Assembly (NCBI RefSeq): GCF_006345805.1
Contig: NC_042997.1
Location: forward strand, 119,598,001-119,662,000
DNA: 64,000 nt
Origin: Octopus sinensis
Lineage: Eukaryota
Direction: 5' to 3'
This document shows positions 39,901 through 51,872 of the stretch, one piece after another. The notes below the pieces were generated by a model, which was given only the letters and a program-made list of their open reading frames with translations, was not told the origin of the DNA and did no database searches. The translations under genes were made by a program, and so were the position numbers. Position 1 is the first letter of the stretch; each line of letters opens with the position of its first letter.

Positions 39901-40075
39901 TTTCGCCCAAACGGACAGCTAGGAACATCGTATATACAGAAGTATTCCAGTGAAGACAAGACATTGCAACGTCCACATGCACCTTCGTTCCCTGGAGGGA
40001 AAGGACTACATTGGGATTAGTCGTTGCCTACTAGGGGCTCTTACATACCCGGGCAACGCCGGGCTATGCTGCTAG
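33950..40075 (+). mobile_element. Helitron, apparently full-length and autonomous
   Basis: 5' TCTATATATAAA at 33950; 3' hairpin CCCGG-GCAACG-CCGGG (40048-40063) then CTAG (40072-40075) followed by T; no TSD; flanks rejoin into an intact SINE. Confidence 0.92.
35097..39953 (+). CDS. Helitron Rep/helicase transposase (about 1618 aa from MPPKKRR)
   Basis: Zn-finger CQFC..CC; Rep motifs PDLFITYTCNP, EWQKRGLPHAHIL (HUH), QYVCKYINKG (Y2); PIF1-family helicase DAPGGTGKT, IVWDECTM, GDFRQTLPV, FAMSINKSQGQT, HGQLYVGCSRV. The ORF track starts at an upstream TTG (34818), which is probably UTR. Confidence 0.95.
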   Translation: MPPKKRRTLLSPRTAKASTARARRARDTHEETALRLSQTASRYAAAQASETTSDRSTRLARVAAYRSSLRSGLTKEQQSSQNMRASYCASIRRARENPEQRAIRNAANATSTAGTRSVETSQQRRTRQDADAANKAMAKAAETPQQRRARQAANAANTARARSAETPHQRTIRTSRHAINTASARASEGAEARAERLPRDATATAVARASESAEARCTRLESINKRRDIIRGVRTPAPAFWLSLAFNYDATINFSLRDDIKIGSMTIVCQFCKAKKWPGEPPGLCCSGGKVDLPPLREPPQPLKDLAVGLTPDSSQFLEIIRKYNCSFQMTSFGANIPPREGWMPTFKVQGQVYHLIGSLLPDEIQQSSFLQIYFIADYNHQVDARLGIIPGTGYVPRKDILLRLQTMLHDINSYVCSFRYALDSAPSPNFTVVIDADKRPHGEHERRFNAPACNEIAAVIHGEQHNSRDIIISSRGNNLHRISETHRSYDALQYPLLFPYGEDGYHFGIPLRQPSNETTAASKTVSCRAFYSYRFMVREGEFNLLPRCRQLCNQFAVDMAAKMESERLLYIKLNQTKLRSDSYIHLRDGLQQENDPRNIGKPCILPSNFTGGPRYMCERTQDALTYVRIYGRPDLFITYTCNPSCDEITRELLPGQSHTHRHDIVARVFRLNLGKIKDLIVKGQIFGHVRCHMFSVEWQKRGLPHAHILIWLTHKIETNDIDKLISAEIPDPDEDPGLYEIVRTTMVHGPCGPNYANTPCYKNGLACSKGFPKRFTLETQTGGDGYPLYKRRSPANGGRTITVGRHQVDDSYIVPYCPLLSKIFKAHVNVEFCSSIRSIQYVCKYINKGSDAAMFSIQRTTSRDEVSNYLAGRYLSSNEAFRRIYGFPLHQRHPAVVQLAVHLENGQRIYFSEQSAVQIATSPKDTALAGFFKLCQRDDFARTLLYPQVPSYFVWSKNTWVRRKSGKNVESFPGVKFDACLGRVYNIPPNQQECFYLRLLLHEVTGPTGFANIRTVNGVLCDTFREACMRLGLLEDDSQWDATMAEGALLQTHSALRHLFAILLQKCQLSDPLSLWMKYRDDMSHDFLRTAQQHCPSAEITFTNFIYNFALIQLEDAVIDMGGSALTEYGLPPPTREHANVMSAELLRETSYCIEELHQYVQDNEPRLLPDQRIAYNTIVDSVRQQRGGIFFLDAPGGTGKTFVTKLILAEVRRNTDIALAVASSGIAATLLPGGRTAHSAFRLPLDLAKSESPICNIAKNSEQADILHRCKLIVWDECTMAHKGALEALDRSLQDIRDSTAPMGGLTLLLSGDFRQTLPVIPKGTRADAVRACLKSSALWAHVRPLHLQTNMRAQLIGDSGSAAFSRDLLSLGENRMLSDADGYVQLDSLCTIVDTPASLRDAVFHDLQNNLRDLKWLAGRAILAPKNTTVNSINIQLLEAIPGDVHVYKSIDRTADPAQLADYPVEFLNSLEPPGLPPHILKLKVGAPIMLIRNLVPPKQCNGTRLVVKHLAPHLITATILTGCGKGEDVFIPPSGADLPIHFSRSQFPVKLCFAMSINKSQGQTLQVAGLHLGEQCFAHGQLYVGCSRVGRRNDVFMFSPKRTARNIVYTEVFQ

Positions 40076-40251
40076 TATATATATACACGACAGGCTTCTT
40101 TCAGTTTCCGTCTACCAAACCACTCATAAGGCATTGGTCGGCCCGAGGCTATAGCAGAAGACACTTGCCCAAGATTCCACGCAGTGGGACTGAACCCGGA
40201 ACCATGTGGTTGGTTAGCAAGCTACTTACCACACAGTCACTCCTGCGCCTA
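40076..40251 (-). mobile_element. 5' half (tRNA head) of the SINE interrupted by the Helitron
   Basis: Matches 41945-42110; minus head aggcgcaggagtgactgtgtggtaagtagc..ggttcagtccc. Confidence 0.85.
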
Positions 40252-40264
40252 TATATATATATAT

Positions 40265-40917
40265 TAATCAATTTAGGGTAGTAAAAAATTCAATAGAAAT
40301 TTATCGCTACCAGCGGTCTATTAGGGTAAATGTTTTTAAATTTTCATTTAATTTCTGAATTACTACTACTTAGCGGTTTGAGTCCTGGCTGCTTCTTCTA
40401 GTGGGCCGAATGGCCTATTAAGGCCATTCCTTAATTGTTGTTGAATTTATATATATAGTCTTTGACTATTTTCTCTTTCCCACTAGACCGCTGGTAGCGA
40501 TAAATTTCTATTGAATTTTTTGCTACCCTAAATTGATTAATTGATGATTTTCTGACTAATTCTGATATTGAATCAGCAGTTTATATTTACTGCTGATAAG
40601 TTGGCGCGAATACGATGGTTTTGAAAATTTTAGGGCAGATATTCCGAGGGCATTGATACAGATGCCTCGTGTATATCCGTCTCTCCTGGTTTCTTTACTG
40701 ATGAGGTGTAGCCTTTGGTAGATTGACTTAATTTAATTTAATTAAGCTGGTTTGCCATTAAAAACACTGAAACGATGCATCGTCTAAAGATGAATTAGGG
40801 TAAATGTTTTTAAATTTTCATTTAATTTCTGAATTACTACTACTTAGCGGTTTGAGTCCTGGCTGCTTCTTCTAGTGGGCCGAATGGCCTATTAAGGCCA
40901 TTCCTTAATTGTTGTTG
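40265..40917 (+). mobile_element. Hammerhead-bearing element: 474-bp unit with about 123-bp terminal redundancy and a 56-bp inverted 5' flap
   Basis: 40321-40443 is identical or near-identical to 40795-40917; 40265-40320 is the reverse complement of 40484-40539. Confidence 0.85.
40692..40790 (+). ncRNA. Type I hammerhead ribozyme motif, intact core; predicted cleavage after GUC at 40784
   Basis: Stem I TCTTTA/TAAAGA; CUGAUGA 40698-40704; stem II GGTGT/ACACT plus long G-U-rich extension; GAAA 40769-40772; stem III palindrome ACGATGCATCGT. Confidence 0.88.
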
Positions 40918-40922
40918 TATAT

Positions 40923-40956
<34 letters not shown>

Positions 40957-41699
40957 CGAGACAGCTGTAAATATTCGTAATATATAAAAAACGTATTCTT
41001 GAGAAAGGCAGTCAAACATGAGATACGCGTCTGATATTCTTTGAAAGAAAAATATTTTGAGATTGAGTATATAAAAAAAGAAATCAGGGAAAATAATGAT
41101 TTCTTTAATAAAAACATAATATAATGTACAGAAACAGCATTCAGATCTTTTATTTTCGAAAAAATATTCTTACTTCTGAAAATGTTAACTGTGTATATTT
41201 TTTAAGTAGTCTCTTCATTCGACAATTGGTCTAACAAACTGATTACTTCACAACATCTAATATTGCTGCGCTGTTTTTATTTTGATTACACATTATTTCT
41301 TATTTAGCTTTTGTTTATGATTCAGGTCAGTAAGAATACCGTGTTGAGAATCACTTCATTTTTTGTTACACTCATCATTGTGTCTACTTCAGAAGTATTT
41401 ACATCATTTCTCACGTGAAGAAAGTGATTTCGATATAACACTGCAAGGTATGGCAGTGAGTGAGCTGACAGAATCTTTACCGCATCGTGCAAAATGCTTA
41501 ACAAGATTTCATTTAACTTTACATTCTGAGTTCAATTTCAACCGAGGTTTGGTTTTGCCTCCAGTTGAGCACTAGGGTCAACGAGATCGGCGTACCCCTA
41601 CCACATACTTTCTCGTTTCGTGTCAAACGTTGCAACTGATATTACACTGTTGGGTAGGGCATTATACATCTGCGGACTGACAACTGTCGTTCATTTCGC

Positions 41700-42110
41700 A
41701 ACTCTTTACTCTTTTACTCTGTTACTTGTTTCAGTCATTTGACTGTGGCCATGATGGAGCACAGCCTTTAGTCGAGCAAATCGACGCCAGGACTTATTTT
41801 TTGTAAGCCTAGTACTTATTCTATCGGTTCTTTTGCCTAACCGCTAAGTTACGCGCACGTAAACACACTAGCATTGGTTGTCAAGCGATGTTGGGGGGAC
41901 AAACACAGACACACACATACACACACATATATGTATATACATATATACGACGGGCTTCTTTCAGTTTCCGCCTACCAAATCCATTGTCAAGGCTTTGGTC
42001 GGCCCGAGGCTATGGTAGAATACCCTTGCCCAAGGCACCATGCAGTGGGATTGTGCCCGGAACCATGAGGTTCATAGGCAAGCTACTACCACACAGCCAC
42101 TCCTATACCT
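41700..42110 (-). mobile_element. tRNA-derived SINE with internal (CA/TA)n; uninterrupted equivalent of the Helitron target
   Basis: Colinear with 33688-33949 joined to 40076-40251. Confidence 0.85.
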
Positions 42111-42196
42111 AGAAAAAGGATCCACGTCCCTGGGTGAGCCCGAACCACTAACTTTTCGGTTAACAGCCGGTTGTTCGTACATATATTATATATATG

Positions 42197-42244
<48 letters not shown>

Positions 42245-42261
42245 ATGAATGTATATATCTA

Positions 42262-42372
<111 letters not shown>

Positions 42373-44498
42373 TATACAGGACGCTTGTCCAAGGTGCCAT
42401 GGAATGGTACTTGGACATGTAACCATGCGCTCGGTAAGCAATTTACTTACCACACTGCCACTCCTATTATTGTTTCGTTCGTAGTGCAATATTTATTCAC
42501 TTTGACTTTGTAGTATGAGGATTCTTTTTAATGGATATATTCTACAATTTACAGAATCATATCACTATTTTTTAAATACTTGTTATGTTATTTCTGCAGT
42601 ACAGAGTGTTCAAATATAGATGCATCATGATGTTTAAAAGGTTAGGTTTACAGCGGTGAAGCCCAAGATCAGTATGAATGAAGCCATATTAAGCTTGTGT
42701 CTTTTACCATAACCTCTCTTCGGTTTCAGTGAGAGTTAAGTGTTAACACTAATTGTGAGAAATAGTGTGAGGTGAATAAGATATGTAAAATGTCATTGCC
42801 AATTAAGGTAATAAGTCTCCCTTATTCCCTTTGAAATTTAACAAAGTGATTCCGTTCAATGCGAAGTGAACAAACGTTCACAGTATACTAATGACCAGGA
42901 AATACTAAGTACATGTATGTATTTGATGGTGATATATATCAATTACGCTTTATCAATGTCTATACTTAATCTCTGTGTATGTATGTATATATATATGTAT
43001 TTATGAATGTATGTATGTAATTGTGTATGTATGTAATTATGTATGTATTTATGAATGTATGTATTTATGATTGTATGTATTTATGTAATTATGTATGTAT
43101 GTATTTATGATTGTATATATGTAATTATGTTTGTATGTAGTTATGTATGTATGCATGACGTCGTTTTATTTTGATTTAACAGTACTTTCCCTTGGAGCTG
43201 GGGCTGATTTCTAAACAAAGAAACACGTGCTCCATTGCTTCAATTTAAAAGGCATCAACGGTCATTGTTACGTGTCGTACTTTAAGACAGTTTGGCCATG
43301 TTTTGCTCCGCTACATTCAGATTGCATCTGTGAAGTTTGTCTTGGTAGAAAACTTTCAATCACTTGATAGAAATATTAATAAGAATACTCCATCAATGTT
43401 TCTAGTGTTGGTACATATGCATGTATTTCAGAGCAGAATTGATGTTTTCATTCATACTCGTCTGTATTTTCTCAATTATAACATTTGTAAAAAGTTTCAG
43501 TAGGAACATCGCATCAAGTTAAGTATTTCTATTTTTGAGTTAATTATGTTCATATGTTTGAATAACTGCTAATTATATGTACTTTGGCTACACAGAATGG
43601 AGACATCCGCTTGCATCCTGGGGTTTTATGGACTCTCTCTTCCGCTTGTTCATGAGATATTTCTCAGCGATCACTTGTGCTTGGATAGCACAGACGTAGA
43701 TATTGTGATATGTCAAGATGTATCGCTCAAGAATCCAAGAGAGGCAATTCATGTGAATATTTTCATAATTTTCAAGTTTATAGAAAGCATATTCATGCAA
43801 CTCTCTCTCCCCCCTCTCTCTCTCTCTCACGCACTCACCCACTTTCTGTTTCTCTTTCGTTCTCTGTCTTTGAGTGTCTGTTGGCGTAGATATGTCTATT
43901 ACCAATCATCGTATTCTAATATTGTGGAAGGAATTATTATTGTTAGCCTTTAAAAATCGCGGTTCACGCTCACACATATAGCTTTTACAAGAGACGTCAC
44001 ATTGCTTATGCAAAATACGAATTAAAGAAGAACGATATTTCTGATACATCAGAAAATATCAGCAAATTTTCTACTTTCATTTTACATTTGCCTCATTCCT
44101 GAAATAAAAAGAAAACTGGCAACTATTAATATGAAAATTCCAAAAAGTCATTAAAATATGAATAGTAGTGCAGAAGACATAATAGTTAATATATATTATT
44201 TTTTTTGCAATGAATTATATTTTATTATTTCTATGTGTTTTCTATTGAGTACATTCAATTCTTGTACAAATTACCGTCATCAATATTCTGCTCCTAATCG
44301 TAAAAATTACCATTTTCAAAAGTGTCTTGGTCATAAAATAATATAGTGTAATATAATATGATATAATATGATATATATATATATATATATATATACATTT
44401 AAAGAGAGAGAAAGAGTGAGGAGGAGGGGTAATTGGGAGAGAGAGAGAAAAGGATGGTGAGAATAGGTATAAATACTTGTATGCTTATATATATTATG

Positions 44499-44549
<51 letters not shown>

Positions 44550-44812
44550 GTATATATATATATTATGTATATATATATATTTATATATGTGTATATTTAT
44601 ATATATGTATATATGTGTATACATATATATTTATATATGTGTATATATATATATTTATATATGTATATAGATATATAGTGTTATACTAATTATCTTTTCT
44701 TAATAATTTTGATATATATTTAAAATAATATAAATTAATTAATCTTATGTATTGGCTTGAGTTTTTCATTGTATGATTTGCCTAATAGTGGTTTTATCTC
44801 TAATTTAATATA

Positions 44813-44844
<32 letters not shown>

Positions 44845-45420
44845 ATGCAAATACGTACACATATGTATATATTTATATATATATGTGTATAAATATATAT
44901 AAACACACAATAACTTACCCTCTCACACACACGCACATATTCCCACACGTAGTCGATGCTGGTTTACCAAGAGAATCTGCATTCATATAGGATATGAATA
45001 CACCGGATTTATATAGATTATCGCTGAAGTTTCTATCGCATTATCTAGTATCCTTCGATGGACCAAAATAAATATTTCATTTGAAATGCTAAGCATGTGA
45101 AGTTTCAGTGGTTACTAACTTTAATATTAAAAGCAAACGCCAACATTTAGAAAACAGACTGTTACATCTTTTGATTAAAGTATTACGTGACTAGTTTCCA
45201 AACATATTACGTGTATCAAAGCGGTATCAATAACAGCTGTTATAACTTTGGTATTGTGTTGAGAAATGAATTAAGCTTCGGCTTTATTAAACACTTAGAA
45301 GAAGAAGACGGGGGAGTAGAAAATGAAGAAGTAAAGAAAAAAGGATTTTTTGATATAGCAACTTATACACGCATCCAAAATCTTGCATGCAAACATGCGT
45401 ACATATGTATATATAGATAC

Positions 45421-45493
<73 letters not shown>

Positions 45494-45504
45494 TATACAT
45501 ATAT

Positions 45505-45562
<58 letters not shown>

Positions 45563-46639
45563 ATATATATATATATATTATATATATATATATACATATA
45601 AGGAAATAAGGGGACAGTGAAAAGAGCGAGGTGGTTGAGAAAGAACGATGCGAATGCATGTCTGCATCAAAATACGTCTTTTCCAGCTTATCGTTCGTTT
45701 ATTTTAGTCGATTATATCATTATACCATTTATATATCGTTTATTACTTATGAAGTGTTTGAATGTCATAATAAAGTTTGAGTAGAGAAAAGAAAGGAAAT
45801 GTACTATCCATATAACCAGATCCCGAATCGTCTTCACGTCGTGACAACATTCTGCAAGCTACTCAGCTGCAGCCAAAATGTTGGAATAATAAAAAATGAC
45901 AGATCATTTTACTAGCTGCATCGTAGTGATATACTGAATTTACAATTGTCTCGGGTAATTAGAACTGCTTCTCCTAAAACAACTTCACAACTTTTAGAAT
46001 GCACTTCGTATCAAAGTAGACAAAGTCATTTGCTACTCATAGTCTTTTCTCTTGTTTATTTTGCAGCAGTCAATACGTAGAGTTTTATGAACCGAATATA
46101 TTTTTGTGAGAATTGGTTAATACATTTAGCATTCTACTTCATATTATTTAATACTACGTAGAAGTGCACGAAGAACGGCAATTAAAATTCAAACGTGTAC
46201 AATTATATTTAACATGTTTGTGTGCACTCCATTAGAGAAAGATTTCCACGTGGGTATCTGCCTTAAAAATGAAATTTCCGTTATACACGTTGTGTTTGAA
46301 AATACTTACGGGCCATAAACGACGTCATTGTGTCTGCGTCGTTCCGCTTCATCTTCCTTAGTTACTACAGACTGCCGTTCGTTTATTTAACAACAAATAG
46401 AAAATTTGCTGATATACGCAAAGCTTTGCTGAGATTGTATTGCTTAACTGGATGTAAATTTAGTCCTTATGATAAAAATAATGGCATTTTCAATTACATA
46501 TAACATGTTTTTTACAACTAGTCTTTTCAGTACATTAAACGATGACAATTTCCATACTTTTATACACATTTTGTAACTTCTAAATTTACTGCAGCTTATA
46601 TTTCGTACTATTTTGGCACAAAACCAGTAAATTTAAGTA

Positions 46640-46805
46640 GAGGGGTTAGTCGATTGCATCGATCCCAGTACTCAACTGGTACTTATTTTATTAAAGCAGA
46701 TAGAATAAAAGACACAGTCGACCTGGACGAAGTATAAAATCAAAACGTAAAAACGGATGAAATAAGTATTTCGTCCGGCGATGTAAAGATTTTGCAAGTT
46801 CGCAA
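46640..46805 (-). mobile_element. Decayed octopus-type SINE
   Basis: gtcgattgcatcgatcccagtactcaactggtacttatttt..gtcgacct on plus is the family body in reverse. Confidence 0.65.
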
Positions 46806-49304
46806 ACTTCCCCTCAAGCTTATAATGTTTATAGTTGTAGCATAAGCTTGTAGCTGAATACAGATTGAGTATAGCGAGAAATTCTTCCAATTTGAATAGG
46901 TTAATGCCAAGCTTAGCTATTCTTTAGTTTCGTGATTGGATGCCTGTTTGGGCAAATTTTCCTGGATTTGAAAACTAATTCACATAGCAAAGATTGACTG
47001 AGCTGTATTATAGTAAAAGTATTTGGATACGATGAATGCTCTTAATATTCCCTTTTCAACAATCACTGTGTCTTCAAGTCAATATTTTCCATTTGCATGT
47101 TACCAAGCAATTTTCAGGTTTGTTTTGTTCACTATAGGAATGAGTTTTTAAATGCAAGCATTCATTCTTTAGCAAGATCACGAAACATCAACAAGATTTA
47201 CGTAAAGTGAGTAATTCTAAATACGTTGGTGGGTTCTACTAAAGTAACGGGAAAGAGAAAAATCTCAGAATGGGCGTTTGAATTGCCATTTCATTTTATA
47301 AACAACGCAATAATTCTTCAGAGATTCTCATAAATGCTTGCTTTTCGAAGTGCAATGCAGTATATTTCCGTATGAATTTCGTATACTAATAATTGGCTTC
47401 CTACCGGATCATTTCTGCTGTAATTTAATCAACTCTTAAACAAGTCAATCAAACGCTTCTTTCATTGCAAATTTTATTTATATTATTTTTATGAAATATA
47501 TATTTTCTTCTGTAGAATTATTTCGTTTTATCAACTGCGAAATTTTTCCGTATTGCAGACATGTTATTTAAATATTTTAGCATACAGTTGTATTTTCTAT
47601 GATAGTATCTATTAAGATCGTATCTAATATTGTGAGTGCATCGACCTCGGAAACAATGCATCTTCCGATAATTATTAGTTCCTTTCATATATGTTCATTC
47701 AATTCCTGTCTACTATCTCATTCTATATTGTTCTTTTTTCTTTTTCCTTTACTAATCTTTCTTCTATAGTCACACACAATGTAAAACTGCGACTTAATTA
47801 TCGAAGGAAATGGATTCTCCTACTGATCTTCGCAAGGGACGAAGTACAATTCCAAAGCGTACTTGTGAACTATGTAAATCAAGTAAACATACAAAGACTG
47901 AAGCCAGCTGCAGCCTCAGCTATAATGGCGTATCAAGCGTGCATGGAAATAGTTGTGGATATGTGTTTAAGGCACCATTTCTAATTTTTCTGTGCGCCAT
48001 TTCTACCAGCGCTGTTACAGGTTTCCAGTCTTTTCTCTACATAATTCCAAATAATGTAGTCTATAGTCGTTAAGAAAGAAACTATAAATAAATTTCTCTA
48101 GAAATGTTCACAGTATCGAATGTGATGACTGCTTCACTGATAAACATTGATTAATATATTTCTCCCTTAGTTTTTTTGTCGCCTTTACGATAATAACTGA
48201 TGTATGAATCTATACAAACAAATATATACATATATAGATATATAAATATACGATATCAGGCACACACAGAAACACACATACACACAAAGGCACACTCTCA
48301 CACATATTTTAATTAAAATAATGCATAAGACTGTCACATAATCCATATACCACATACTTCGAAGTATTTTCTTTCTCACAGGCTCAAAGATATCATGTTT
48401 TTTTCTGAACATCAATTAAACCAGTAGAACATCTCGACATTCGTGTAGATATCCATCATCAAGTTATTATTATATTCATCACATGTCTGGGTAAATCATC
48501 ATTTATATATTATATACAGTATCTGATAAATAAATGTATATTCAATGATTAATACAGAAAAAGGTAACTGGAAAAAATACAAGCAAAAAAACTTAACCTA
48601 TGCATTTACATAAATGCCTAGTGAGATGAACTAGATTTTATGCAACGCATTTTCCTGAAAGGCCGCAAGGACTCGAGACTGAAAATACATACTAATTTCC
48701 ATTGTTTCTTTTTTCTATTTAATGCTTTCTTTTACCAAAGAAAATATAATTCGGCATGTTTTTACTTTTTCGAAAGTTTTTATTTTAAAATTATTCTAGC
48801 ACAACACGCAAGAGATTCTAGCTTTTCCTATCCCTAGATTAAATATTTTGCCTCGAGATAAAACAGTAGTTTCATCTCTATGTTGAAAACATAAAAACGT
48901 TCTTATAAAGATTACGTAATGCAAAGACTCTATGTATATACTATATTCGAACAATTCACGTGCTACAGACTTCGTACCAACACAACCAAGTATATTTAAG
49001 ATTTTTTGTTTCCTAGAGAAATACATATTTTTCAGATAATATATTCGAACTAAGATAAAGCCATACGTTTAAATATTCCTGTACATATTTGTTTATACAG
49101 TTCTACTGACTACATCCGCATGTACACATGAAGTGGAGCTGTTTGAAGTAGTTTGAGTTAATCACTATATTATAAAGAACTCAGTTTGTTAAAGACACCT
49201 AAATATTTGCTTAATGAAGGTTTCCACTAGGAAAAAAATATATGTAAAGCATTTTATTATGTAACATTCTAAATAATTTGTATCGTATATATATTATTAT
49301 ATAT

Positions 49305-49347
<43 letters not shown>

Positions 49348-49440
49348 ATACATACACACACATATATATATATATACATATGCACACACACACATATAGA
49401 TATATATATATATTATACATACACACACCCACACACCCCC

Positions 49441-49482
<42 letters not shown>

Positions 49483-49703
49483 TACTTACTTGGAAACGGA
49501 TGCGTGGATTTCGCTCAAATAATAGTATAAAAATATATAAATATATGCATATATGCATATATGGATATACTTACATATATATGTATATATACATGCATCT
49601 AGGAGTACAGGTCATAAAAAACTTTGAACACAATGAGAAACGAAAATATAAACCAAAGACAGAACTCGAACATTTTTTCGAACACCGAAAAAAACATATA
49701 TGC

Positions 49704-49746
<43 letters not shown>

Positions 49747-49766
49747 TATGTACATATATGTATTTA

Positions 49767-49818
<52 letters not shown>

Positions 49819-51204
49819 GAGAGAGAGATATAGACAGAGACAGAGACAGACGGATTGATAGATAGATAGATTGATATGCACAAGAGTTACGGAATGGAGT
49901 TGTAAAAATCCAGGCTACATATGTTTCATACTCTTAAGGCCAAGGATATTTAGATAAGATTAAAGTCTACGTTTTCGCAAAGCGGTACATGTTGACGCAG
50001 AAAGAATTCAATCAGAGTTTGAGGAAGGCACAGTATGTGAGGGCTATATAAATGTGGGGATTAATAAGTATTAGAAGAGGGGTAGAAAGAAGAGAAATAA
50101 ATAAATAAATACATAAAATATACTATAGGGGACAGAGTGAAAGGAGGAATTGGGCTGTTCAATATTAGATTATACAGTAGTTTAGCATAATCACAGAATT
50201 TAACAATCGTATTGGCATTTGAAGATAAGATAAGTTGGATGGGAGTGGGTGAGGAAATATTTTTAGTCATGGGGAAAAAAGGGAATTGTTTGTGAATAAA
50301 GCAAAATAGCATGGCTAGTGGTTGTTTGTAGTCGAGGGTTTTCTATGGCCGCGGGGCATAAATTGGTGCCAAAATATATTTATGAAATGGTGGAGGTTTA
50401 TTTTGGGATATGTATTTGTGAATTTATGAGTGGGTTAGGAGGGTGAGCAGAACCATAAAGAGAGAAGAATGTTTTATGTAGTAAGTAAAAATAAGGGGAG
50501 AAAATTATAATTGAAGATCAAGGAGTTAAAAGGGGAAAATAGTTTTGCTTTATAGAAAGTGGTAATGAGAGTGAGTTAGGAAAAAATATGTATGAGAGGG
50601 GAAGACAATAGCAGGGTGGGGTTGTAATCATTTGTATATTGAGAATAGATTTCGTACCTGTTGTTTGCAGATGAATATTACATTGCTTCGTTCATTGAGA
50701 CCGTCCGTGGATTTCAAAATCGCTAAAGAGGACGCAGGTGTGTGGCGAAAGGTTTGCAGACAATGGACATGAAATAACAATAATAAAGAAAGGAAGAACG
50801 AATTTATAGTGTATGTGTTTATTTGACAAGACAAAAATAACCCTTCCAAATTATAAAAATGTTTGTTTCGACATAATTTCACATGAAGAATCTTAGAAAA
50901 TAAATACATAAGCGTATATATATATATGTATGTATGTTTATATATGAATGAGCGAGCGTGTTTATTTATGCGTGCGTCTGTTTCAGTGGGTGTATATATA
51001 CGTGTGGGTATGTGTGCTTTTATTAGGCGCAAGTGTGGCGGTGAGAAATTTCTTTCTCAAGACAAGCTCCCGGTTTCAGTCTCAGTAATTGACACCTTGA
51101 GCAAGTGTCTTTTATTATAGATAACCAAGACCCCATTAGTATATTCAGTAGACAGTAATGCAAAGAAACCCAACGTATATATATATATATATAATAATGT
51201 ATTT

Positions 51205-51721
51205 ATTCTCCGACTTGAAGCGACAAATTTTTAAAAATATAAACATGTGATGAACTAACCACAGGCAGAATCGAACTCAAAAATCGATGCTTTCATGTGT
51301 CCTTGCGAATCTGATTAGTCAATCGCTCGCCCATCGATTTCAGTTCAATTTAGTTAATATATACTTAAACACTCTTGATACTACATCAATAATATTTATA
51401 TATACAAATCGGAAAGGTTTTACGACTTACAGAGAGAAAGCTACTATGGAATGCTCACAATATGATAACTGTATACTTACTGTATAATACATATCATAAT
51501 GATATTTATATATCAGAATTATATCCATTTATGTATTATCAAGACATTTTAAGTATATATTAACTAAAATTGACAGAGATTGACGCGTAAGCGTTTCGCC
51601 AATCAGATTCGCAAGCATCAATTTAAGTGTCAATTTGTGAGTTCGATTCTCCCTGAGGTTCGCATCACTTTCCAGTCATTTGTTTATATTTTTAAAAAAT
51701 TGTTGCTTCAAATCGGAGAAG
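51205..51721. repeat. About 520-bp imperfect fold-back (MITE-like)
   Basis: ttctccga../..tcggagaa; cttgcgaatctgatt/aatcagattcgcaag; tttagttaatatatacttaaa/tttaagtatatattaactaaa. Confidence 0.75.
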
Positions 51722-51833
51722 AAATATCATTATGATGTATATTATACATAGTTATACTATGAAACTTCCATAGCAGCTTTCTCTGCGTAAATCGGAAAGT
51801 CTTTCGAGTTTATTAAAAAAAATATCATTTACG

Positions 51834-51867
<34 letters not shown>

Positions 51868-51872
<5 letters not shown>

